Part shown: positions 8,296-16,172 of the stretch, piece by piece
Position numbering within the stretch: position 1 is the stretch's first letter
Layout of the letters: each line of letters opens with the position of its first letter
Assembly: GCA_046261635.1 (NCBI GenBank)
Contig: JBHEOL010000099.1
Location: 1 to 35,179 of the forward strand
DNA length: 35,179 nucleotides
Reading direction: 5' to 3'
Source: Thermoanaerobaculia bacterium
Lineage (GTDB): Bacteria; Acidobacteriota; Thermoanaerobaculia; Gp7-AA8
The notes under the pieces: generated by a model
The model's database searches: none
Told to the model about the DNA's origin: nothing
Seen by the model: the letters and a program-made list of their open reading frames with translations, nothing else
Translations under genes and position numbers: made by a program

Positions 8296-8790
8296 ATGAC
8301 TACAGCCGTACAGCCCGAAACCGCCGACCGCATCGCAATCCTGTTCCAGTACACCGTCGAGGCTTACAAGATGTTCCAGAAGCTCTCGGAGCTTCTTCCG
8401 AACCCGATGGCCGCCCATGTCTACGAAAACCTCGCCGAGGACGAGCGCAATCTCCGAGACCTGATCGAGATCAAGTACTCCGATCCGGATGTCCCGCGCA
8501 CGAAGATCAAGCTCGAGCACGACCTCAGCTTCCAGAAGGCGCTCGAGGGGGACCTCTCGCACGTCGAAATGACCGAGACGTTGATCGTCCGGGAGAAGTC
8601 GATGGCCGACAGGCTCACCGAGTTCGCGAAAACCGGTCCTGAAGCAGGGCGGAACCTGTTTCTCTACTTCGCCGCCGCGAAACGCGCCCACATCATGTAC
8701 ATCGAGCGCGAGCTGCAGATGCTCCGCCTCTACCCCGACTGGTACGAGCGCGAGGACGCTGAGTCGCTCGTCGTCCACGGGAACGTCTGA
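8296..8790 (+). CDS. ferritin-like / rubrerythrin-fold four-helix-bundle protein (function unknown)
   Basis: 164 aa, predicted helical, with E-rich helix motifs (LAEDERNLRDLIE, AAKRAHIMYIEREL). Starts 7 nt after the ferredoxin stop. The usual ExxH diiron ligands are not clearly present. The coding call is solid; the family call is tentative. Confidence 0.55.
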   Translation: MTTAVQPETADRIAILFQYTVEAYKMFQKLSELLPNPMAAHVYENLAEDERNLRDLIEIKYSDPDVPRTKIKLEHDLSFQKALEGDLSHVEMTETLIVREKSMADRLTEFAKTGPEAGRNLFLYFAAAKRAHIMYIERELQMLRLYPDWYEREDAESLVVHGNV

Positions 8791-8795
8791 GGACG

Positions 8796-8927
8796 GTGGC
8801 CGCGGCTTTCCAGCCGCGGCATCGTGCGACGAAGCTGGATCTCGATCAAAACTCGAAAACCGCCTTCCCACCCCCGGACGATTGCGCTTCGTCGCATGGT
8901 CAGCCGCGGCTGGAAAGCCGCGGCCAC
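8796..8927. repeat. composite inverted repeat (two about 40-nt arms, each with its own GCCGCGGC hairpin), REP/BIME- or MITE-like
   Basis: Left arm: GTGGCCGCGGCTTTCCAGCCGCGGC (8796-8820) and GCGACGAAGC (8826-8835). Right arm: GCTTCGTCGC (8886-8895) and GCCGCGGCTGGAAAGCCGCGGCCAC (8903-8927). Sub-hairpins at 8799-8820 and 8903-8924. This repeat produces the identical MAAAFQPR pseudo-ORFs on both strands. Confidence 0.85.
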
Positions 8928-8966
8928 TGGGATTTTTCTCTACCCCTCCCGCCCTTCTCCCGGGTG

Positions 8967-9254
8967 ATGAACATCTCACTCGCACCCGAGGCTGCCTCCC
9001 AGCTTCGCGCCCAGGCCGACGGCCGCCTGCTGCGGATCTCATTCACGACCGGATGCGGCGGAAGCGGCTACCGGCTCGCCTGGACGGACGAACCGCTCGA
9101 AGACGACACGGTCTTCGATCTCGTGGCCGTCCGCGTCGCGCTCGACTCGATGGCCAGCTCCAAACTCGACGGCGCGGTCATCGTCTACGACGAGGTGGAA
9201 GACGGGTTCATCATCGATCACCCTGACGCCGCAGTCGCGGTCTGGTGCGGGTGA
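8967..9254 (+). CDS. HesB/IscA-like Fe-S cluster carrier family protein (short, atypical C-terminus)
   Basis: 95 aa: MNISLAPEAASQLR..LRISFTTGCGGSGYRLAW..DDTVFDLVAVRVALDSMASSKLDGAVIVYDE..GFIIDHP..WCG, which follows the IscA/HesB layout. ATG 8967 (or GTG 8964) was chosen because the upstream part of the ORF is the inverted repeat. Confidence 0.75.
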   Translation: MNISLAPEAASQLRAQADGRLLRISFTTGCGGSGYRLAWTDEPLEDDTVFDLVAVRVALDSMASSKLDGAVIVYDEVEDGFIIDHPDAAVAVWCG

Positions 9255-9258
9255 GGAA

Positions 9259-9425
9259 AGCAAGGAAGAAGTCAGAAGGCAGAAGGCAGAAGTAAGATCA
9301 AAAAAAGGCAGAAGCCTGTCGCTTCTGCTTTCGGTTTCTGCTCTTGCCTTTGCTCATACTTCTGCCTTCTACCTTCTGCCTTCTGCCTTCGCCTTTTCTT
9401 CTGGCTTCTGGCTTCTGGTTTCTGG
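9259..9425. repeat. mirrored heptamer tandem-repeat palindrome: (CAGAAGG)n on the left, (CCTTCTG / CTTCTGG)n on the right
   Basis: Left units CAGAAGG CAGAAGG CAGAAGT (9273-9293) pair with ACTTCTG CCTTCTA CCTTCTG (9358-9378), 20 of 21 positions. The right array continues for about 9 units to 9425. It fills the spacer between the convergent hesB-like gene and hemB. Confidence 0.9.
9300..9328 (-). terminator. intrinsic terminator of hemB (weaker in the + direction)
   Basis: GCAGAAGC (9308-9315), loop CTGTC, GCTTCTGC (9321-9328). On the minus strand it is followed by T7 (the A run at 9300-9306). On the plus strand it is followed by TTTCGGTTTC. Confidence 0.75.
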
Positions 9426-9426
9426 C

Positions 9427-10401
9427 TTACGCTCTCTCCGCCCACTCCATGGCGTGATACGTGATGATCAGATCGGCGCCGGCGCGCTTGATCGAGGTCA
9501 GGATCTCGTCGGCGACGCGCGGACCGTCGATCCATCCCATCTTCTCGGCGGCCTTGACCATCGAGTACTCGCCGCTGACGTTGTAGGCGACGATCGGGAG
9601 GTCGCAGCGCTGGCGCGCCTCGCGGATGATGTCGAGATACGACAGGGCCGGCTTGACCATCACCATGTCCGCCCCCTCGGCGATGTCGAGCTCGATCTCG
9701 CGCATCGCCTCGCGCGCGTTCGGCGGATCCATCTGATAGCTGCGACGGTCACCAAACTGCGGCGCCGACTCGGCCGCCTCGCGGAACGGCCCGTAGAACC
9801 CGGACGCAAACTTCGCTGAATAGGCGATCAGCCCCGTGTCTCCCCACCCGTCCGAGTCGAGCGCGTCGCGGATCGCTCCGACGCGCCCGTCCATCATGTC
9901 CGAGGGAGCAACGAAGTCGACTCCCGCCTCCGCGAACGACAGACTCTGCTTGACGAGCAACTCCAGCGTCTGGTCGTTGTCCACCTCCGCTCCCGTCTCC
10001 GTCCTGTGCACGACTCCGCAGTGGCCGTGATCGGTGTACTCGCAGAGGCAGACGTCGGCGATCACCGTCATCTGGGGAAGCCCCTTCTTGAGGGCGCGGA
10101 TCAGTTCCTGCACCGGCCCCTTCGGATCCCACGACGAGCTTCCGACCGCATCTTTCGTGTCGGGGAGCCCGAAGACCAGCACCCCGCGGATCCCAAGGTC
10201 CCAGGCCCGTCGCGCTTCCTCGAGAGCATCCGAGACACGGTTCTGGAACACGCCCGGCATCGAGCCGATCTCCTTCCGGCTCCGGTTCTCGGGAACCACG
10301 AACATCGGGTGGATCAGGTTCGCCGGCGTCAGGATCGTTTCGCGCACCATCGACCGGATCGCCTCGCTCCTCCGCAGGCGGCGGGGACGGTTCGGCATCA
10401 T
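9427..10401 (-). CDS. hemB: porphobilinogen synthase (delta-aminolevulinate dehydratase), zinc type
   Basis: [18 protein letters not shown], zinc triad [28 protein letters not shown]. Start placed at ATG 10401 ([10 protein letters not shown]), downstream of the stop of the preceding small gene. The ORF-track start at 10533 would overlap that gene. Confidence 0.92.
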   Translation of the reverse strand: MMPNRPRRLRRSEAIRSMVRETILTPANLIHPMFVVPENRSRKEIGSMPGVFQNRVSDALEEARRAWDLGIRGVLVFGLPDTKDAVGSSSWDPKGPVQELIRALKKGLPQMTVIADVCLCEYTDHGHCGVVHRTETGAEVDNDQTLELLVKQSLSFAEAGVDFVAPSDMMDGRVGAIRDALDSDGWGDTGLIAYSAKFASGFYGPFREAAESAPQFGDRRSYQMDPPNAREAMREIELDIAEGADMVMVKPALSYLDIIREARQRCDLPIVAYNVSGEYSMVKAAEKMGWIDGPRVADEILTSIKRAGADLIITYHAMEWAERA

Positions 10402-10423
10402 CCGGGTGGTGCGGGGAGCAGCC

Positions 10424-10630
10424 TCAATCGGGGGCGTAGTCTTCGTCTCGGTCCGACTCATCTTCATCTCCAAAGAAAAAGGTATTCGCGCATTCGCGCG
10501 AGCAGAACGTGCCGCCTCGGGACCGGAAAGCACAATCGCCGCAGAACATTTCCCGGCAGACCCTGCACGCCTGCAGTTGCGCCGCAGCGCGGGGAACGCT
10601 GCAGATGGAGCAGAGAGTGTCGTCGGCCAT
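10424..10630 (-). CDS. small cysteine-rich (8-Cys, two-zinc-type) protein with acidic tail
   Basis: [59 protein letters not shown]. Contains CxxC, CxxC, CxxC and Cx3C. GGAG lies 6 nt upstream of ATG 10630; a TTG at 10651 is the alternative start. Confidence 0.6.
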   Translation of the reverse strand: MADDTLCSICSVPRAAAQLQACRVCREMFCGDCAFRSRGGTFCSRECANTFFFGDEDESDRDEDYAPD

Positions 10631-10736
10631 GGGGATCTCCGTTGGAATCAATTCCCGCGCGGGGCCTGTTGAGTATATGCCCTCGAGGATTCCGGATTCT
10701 GCTCCCCGGAATCGGCCCCTTCCCTTGTCGTCAGCA

Positions 10737-10765
10737 TTGCTTCAGGAAGTTCGGGCCACTAGAAT
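10737..10765 (+). promoter_or_regulatory. candidate promoter of the tRNA gene
   Basis: TTGCTT (10737-10742), 17-nt spacer, TAGAAT (10760-10765). The predicted transcription start is about 10 nt upstream of the tRNA 5' end. Confidence 0.5.
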
Positions 10766-10782
10766 CGGGCGGCTTCAACGGC

Positions 10783-10859
10783 GGCGGTGTAGCTCAGCTG
10801 GTTAGAGCGGGCGTCTCATAAGCGCTAGGTCCCCGGTTCGATTCCGGGCACCGCCACCA
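10783..10859 (+). tRNA. tRNA with CAU anticodon: elongator Met or Ile2 (lysidine), not an initiator
   Basis: Cloverleaf: acceptor GGCGGTG/CACCGCC, D arm GCTCAGCTGGTTAGAGC, anticodon loop CTCATAA (CAT at 10817-10819), T arm CCCGGTTCGATTCCGGG, encoded CCA. The G1-C72 pair and the lack of a GGG/CCC anticodon stem argue against tRNA-fMet. Confidence 0.93.
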
Positions 10860-10935
10860 TTCAAACCTCATCCCCGTTCCCCCTTTACCGGCCCGCCGTC
10901 CTTCCCTGCAGAAACTTCTTGCTGCGGCCGCTGAC

Positions 10936-10964
10936 TTATTGTAAGCTATTAGTTGTCACAATAA
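10936..10964. promoter_or_regulatory. AT-rich inverted repeat, possible operator or promoter of the HTH gene
   Basis: TTATTGT (10936-10942), 15 nt, ACAATAA (10958-10964), in a locally AT-rich patch directly upstream of ATG 10973. Confidence 0.3.
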
Positions 10965-10972
10965 CTGCAAAG

Positions 10973-11170
10973 ATGAACCGTCTCACTCCAAAAGAGATCC
11001 GAACCCGCAGGCTTGCGCTGGGACTGAGTGCGGACGAGCTCGCGCGCCGTCTCAATCTCTCCCCCGGTCTGCTGGAGCAGTGGGAGCGGGGCGATGCGCC
11101 GATCGAGGAGCCGGACCGGCTCTTCGCCGAGCTTCTCCTTCTGGAACAGGGCGATCAGCCCCAAAGCTGA
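10973..11170 (+). CDS. small XRE-family helix-turn-helix protein
   Basis: MNRLTPKEIRTRRLALGLSADELARRLNLSPGLLEQWERG is a typical Cro/C1 HTH. ATG 10973 is preferred over the upstream TTG 10919. Confidence 0.7.
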   Translation: MNRLTPKEIRTRRLALGLSADELARRLNLSPGLLEQWERGDAPIEEPDRLFAELLLLEQGDQPQS

Positions 11171-11203
11171 GGTCCACCTCCGCCGGTCGGGTACACTTCG
11201 CAC

Positions 11204-12571
11204 GTGCCGCTCCAGGAGGCCGTGAAACAGTTCTTCGCCGAGCGAAAGGTCTCACCCCGCTCGCTGCTGATCGCTGCTTCCGGCGGACCCGACTCGACTG
11301 CCCTGATCCTGGTTCTGGCCGAGTGGAAGGACCGTCCGTTCCCGATCTCCATCGCTCATGTGAACCATCGCCTCCGGGGAGCCGAATCCGAGCAGGATGC
11401 CCAGTACGTGCGCGAGCTTGGGGGCCGCACCTCGATTCCGGTGGTGATCCGCGACGGGCCGATCGATCCGGCGGCGCTTCGCGAGAGCGGGATCGAGGCG
11501 GCGGCGCGGGAATCGCGCTACTCGCTGCTGCGGAAGATTCGGGACGAGCTCGGGTGCGACCTGATTGCGACCGGCCACCAACAGAACGATCAGGCGGAAA
11601 CGCTCCTGATCCGGCTGGTCACCGGCACGGGGCCGGGCCGACTGACCGGAATGCCGGCCGTGGGCGACGGCATCATCCGGCCGCTGCTCGACGTCCCGCG
11701 GGATGAAGTCGAGCGGTTTCTGCGGGAAAGAAACGTTCAGCCGCGCCGCGACCGAATGAACGAGGACCGCCGGTTCGTCCGGAGCCGGATGCGCGCCGAG
11801 GTGATGCCGATCCTCGAGGCATTCAATCCGAAGATCGTCTCCTCGCTCGCGGAAACGGCGCGACAGACTCGCGAGCAGCAGGGGGCTCTGCGATGGCTTC
11901 TCGACGAGGCATCGCGGAACTGGGTTGAAACGCTCCCGGATTCCTCGCGGTTCGACCCCTCGGCGCTTCCCGAGGACGAATGGATCCGCCGAGCGCTGCT
12001 CCACCGCGAGATCATCAGACTCGATCCCCGCTCCCGCGAGGTGTCCGCCGCCGACCTCGATCGACTGGCGAAGTCTCTCAAACGGCTGCGAAGGACCACG
12101 GTCACGAAAACCCTGGAGATCGCCCGCGATGGCGATCACGTGCTGCTGCGCCGCATCCCTCCCCCGGTCGAACCTTTCGAGCGGCCGATCCAGCCGGGGC
12201 GAACGGTGTCGCTCCCCACGGGCGCGAAACTGCGCCTCGAGCGTCTGGGAGTCGCCGGCTCCGATTTTCGCGATACGGGGCCGCGTCGACAGCGGTTCCA
12301 GCTTCCGGCGGATGCAAAGGAGCGCGTTTTCGCCGTTCGCAACCGCCGCCGCGGAGATCGATTCCACCCGCTCGGCTCTCCATGGGAAAAAAGACTGAAC
12401 GAGCTGCTGATTGATCGTAAAATCCCGAGAGAACGACGCGACCGCATCCCGCTTCTCCTCTGGAAGGGGGAGATCGTCTGGGTCCCGGGCGTCGAAGTCT
12501 CCGAGCGCTTCAAGGTCGACGAGCCCTGGAGGGAAGCCTTCGAAGCCTCGATAGAAGGTGACGATGAATAA
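11204..12571 (+). CDS. tilS: tRNA(Ile)-lysidine synthetase
   Basis: PP-loop LLIAASGGPDSTAL, ATGHQQNDQAETLL, C-terminal TilS domain (LIDRKIPRERRDRIPLLLWKGEIVWVPG). Start uncertain: GTG 11204 or GTG 11222. Confidence 0.9.
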   Translation: MPLQEAVKQFFAERKVSPRSLLIAASGGPDSTALILVLAEWKDRPFPISIAHVNHRLRGAESEQDAQYVRELGGRTSIPVVIRDGPIDPAALRESGIEAAARESRYSLLRKIRDELGCDLIATGHQQNDQAETLLIRLVTGTGPGRLTGMPAVGDGIIRPLLDVPRDEVERFLRERNVQPRRDRMNEDRRFVRSRMRAEVMPILEAFNPKIVSSLAETARQTREQQGALRWLLDEASRNWVETLPDSSRFDPSALPEDEWIRRALLHREIIRLDPRSREVSAADLDRLAKSLKRLRRTTVTKTLEIARDGDHVLLRRIPPPVEPFERPIQPGRTVSLPTGAKLRLERLGVAGSDFRDTGPRRQRFQLPADAKERVFAVRNRRRGDRFHPLGSPWEKRLNELLIDRKIPRERRDRIPLLLWKGEIVWVPGVEVSERFKVDEPWREAFEASIEGDDE

Positions 12572-13079
12572 GGATCCGAAGGAGAAATGGTCGGGCAGCC
12601 AGATTGCCCGCCGGATGCAGGAGCTCGGCGCCGAGATCCGGCAGGACGCCGGAAATGACCCCATTCTGTTGATCGGCGTCCTGAAGGGAGCGAGTTGCTT
12701 CCTGGCGGACCTGATGCGCGCGATCCCAGGGGAGGTGAGCTACGAGTTCATCGACGTCATCCGCGACGTGGCCGACACCTCGGTGGCCGAGGCGATGGAG
12801 ATCGACTTTCTCACCCACTTCGACATGCGCGGGAAACGGGTCTATCTCCTCAAGGACGTGGTCACCACCGGGGTGATCGAGAACTACCTGCTGGGACAGT
12901 TCAGGCAGCGGAATCCGGCTCATCTCGAGCTCGTGGCGCTGATCGACCGCCCGACGCAGAGGACCATCGACATCTCGCTGCGTCACAGAGCGTTTCAGGC
13001 CGACGAGGGGACGTTCGTAGGATACGGGCTCGAAGCCGGCGGGCGGTGGGGAAACCTGCCGTATCTGGCGCTTGTTTAG
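12564..13079 (+). CDS. hpt: hypoxanthine phosphoribosyltransferase homologue (divergent active-site motifs)
   Basis: PRT fold: ILLIGVLKGASCFLADL, YLLKDVVTTGVIE in place of the canonical (V/I)EDIIDTG, and FVGYGLE..GNLPYL. Overlaps the tilS stop. ATG 12564 or GTG 12558. Confidence 0.8.
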   Translation: MNKDPKEKWSGSQIARRMQELGAEIRQDAGNDPILLIGVLKGASCFLADLMRAIPGEVSYEFIDVIRDVADTSVAEAMEIDFLTHFDMRGKRVYLLKDVVTTGVIENYLLGQFRQRNPAHLELVALIDRPTQRTIDISLRHRAFQADEGTFVGYGLEAGGRWGNLPYLALV

Positions 13080-13193
13080 GGGCCAGGGACCGGGGGCTAG
13101 GGAAAGACAACGTCAAAAGCCCAGCGAGTCCGTTTGTCATATCTGATCCTGACTTTGTTTTTCCCTGGTCCCTAGCCCCTAGTCCCTTGCCCC
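13079..13193. repeat. mirrored heptamer (GGGNNNN / NNNNCCC) palindrome
   Basis: Left arm: GGGGCCAGGGAC (13079-13090) and GGGGCTAGGGA (13093-13103). These pair with TCCCTAGCCCC (13169-13179) and GTCCCTTGCCCC (13182-13193). Both arms have 7-nt periodicity and alternative slipped registers are possible. The loop is about 65 nt. Confidence 0.85.
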
Positions 13194-13214
13194 TCGCCTC
13201 TCAGAATTTAGAAT
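13187..13214 (+). promoter_or_regulatory. candidate ftsH promoter
   Basis: TTGCCC (13187-13192, inside the right repeat arm), 16-nt spacer, TAGAAT (13209-13214). The -10 hexamer is the same as in the tRNA promoter candidate. Confidence 0.4.
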
Positions 13215-13334
13215 CCGCGGACCCGGTTGTCGTCCGCACGGTGTGAATGATTCCTGCAGAGGGAGCTTTCACAAGCGACAATCGGTCGCTCGCGGAGGTC
13301 GCCGAAGGCAACTCCCACCCCACGGAGGTCACTG

Positions 13335-15260
<1,926 letters not shown>

Positions 15261-15284
15261 CCGCTCGAACGTCGCAGGCAACCG

Positions 15285-15313
15285 AAAACCCCCGCTGCGA
15301 GGCGGGGGTTTTT
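15285..15313 (+). terminator. intrinsic terminator after ftsH
   Basis: CCCCCGC (15289-15295), loop TGCGAG, GCGGGGG (15302-15308), followed by TTTTT. The flanking A run can extend the stem. Confidence 0.8.
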
Positions 15314-15357
15314 GCGTCACACCGCGCGTTCGAGGACTCGGATAAAATCCCCCGTCG

Positions 15358-16017
15358 ATGAACCGCTCCCACACGATCACCGCCTATACGCTCGCCGAGG
15401 AGGTGGCCAACGCAGTCACGCACGGCCTCGGAGCCCTGCTCGCCGTAATCGGCCTCGTCGTCCTGGTCGTTCGCGCGAGCCTCCACGGCGACGTGTGGCA
15501 CATCACCAGCGCGTCGATTTTCGGAGCGACGCTGGTCCTCTGCTACCTCTCGTCCACGCTCTATCACAGCATCCCGCATCCGAGGGCGAAGAACGTGCTC
15601 CGGGTGCTCGACCACTCGGCGATTTTTCTCCTGATCGCGGGAACCTACACGCCGTTCACTCTCGTGTCTCTGCGGGGAAATCTCGGCTGGTGGATCTTCG
15701 GAGTGATCTGGACCTGCGCGGCCCTCGGCATCACGCTCGGCTTCGCCGTGAAGAAGTGGAAGGGCGTCGTGACCGCGGTCCTGAGCGTCATCATGGGATG
15801 GGTTGCGATCGTCGCGCTCGGCCCCCTCTTCAAAAGCCTCGGCCCGGGCGGAACGGCCCTCGTCATCGCCGGCGGGCTGATCTACACGGCGGGCGTCGCG
15901 TTCTACGGGTCGAGACGCGTGCCGTGGAACCACGCGGTCTGGCACCTGTTCGTCCTCGGCGGAAGCGTGCTGCACTACTTCGCGATTCTGTGGTTCGTGG
16001 TGCCGGGAGGGAGCTAG
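15358..16017 (+). CDS. hemolysin III / PAQR family membrane protein
   Basis: Seven-TM protein with EEVANAVTHGLG, STLYHS, LDHSAIFLLIAGTYTPF and WHLFVLGGSVLHY. Confidence 0.9.
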   Translation: MNRSHTITAYTLAEEVANAVTHGLGALLAVIGLVVLVVRASLHGDVWHITSASIFGATLVLCYLSSTLYHSIPHPRAKNVLRVLDHSAIFLLIAGTYTPFTLVSLRGNLGWWIFGVIWTCAALGITLGFAVKKWKGVVTAVLSVIMGWVAIVALGPLFKSLGPGGTALVIAGGLIYTAGVAFYGSRRVPWNHAVWHLFVLGGSVLHYFAILWFVVPGGS

Positions 16018-16140
16018 ACAGGACGAATAGGACCTATAGGACATGATCTCGGGGAGGGTTGCGGCTTTGAAGTACGGCCCCTCCCCCCGCCCGTCCTCCC
16101 TATTCGTCCTATTGGTCCTATACGTCCTCTTCGTCCTATC
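16018..16140. repeat. mirrored 9-mer (AGGACNNNN / NNNNGTCCT) palindrome with central G/C hairpin
   Basis: AGGAC at 16020, 16029 and 16038. GTCCT at 16093, 16106, 16115, 16124 and 16133. AGGACGAATAGG (16020-16031) pairs perfectly with CCTATTCGTCCT (16099-16110). Central stem GGGGAGGG (16051-16058) with CCCTCCCC (16079-16086). Confidence 0.85.
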
Positions 16141-16172
16141 ACCCCCCTCTTCTGCTACGATTTCGTCGCTCC

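Noticed and set aside
8730-8966. ORFs beginning MAAAFQPR on both strands (8796.. on + and ..8927 on -)
   Set aside because: The identical peptides are a consequence of the inverted repeat. The real HesB-like gene starts at 8967.
9259-9425. Possible CRISPR array or coding repeat (ORF 9272-9535 on the minus strand)
   Set aside because: The repeat unit is only 7 nt with no spacers. The two halves are reverse complements. The ORF translation (QKKRRRQKAEGRRQK…) is just the repeat read in frame.
10402-10533. Longer hemB N-terminus (start 10533 or 10461)
   Set aside because: It would overlap the well-formed small Cys-rich gene. PBGS proteins normally begin a few residues before the RPRRLR motif.
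10783-11204. tRNA gene as the integration site of a genomic island (tRNA, AT-rich patch, XRE HTH)
   Set aside because: There is no integrase, no direct repeat of the tRNA 3' end downstream, and the next genes (tilS, hpt, ftsH) are core housekeeping genes.
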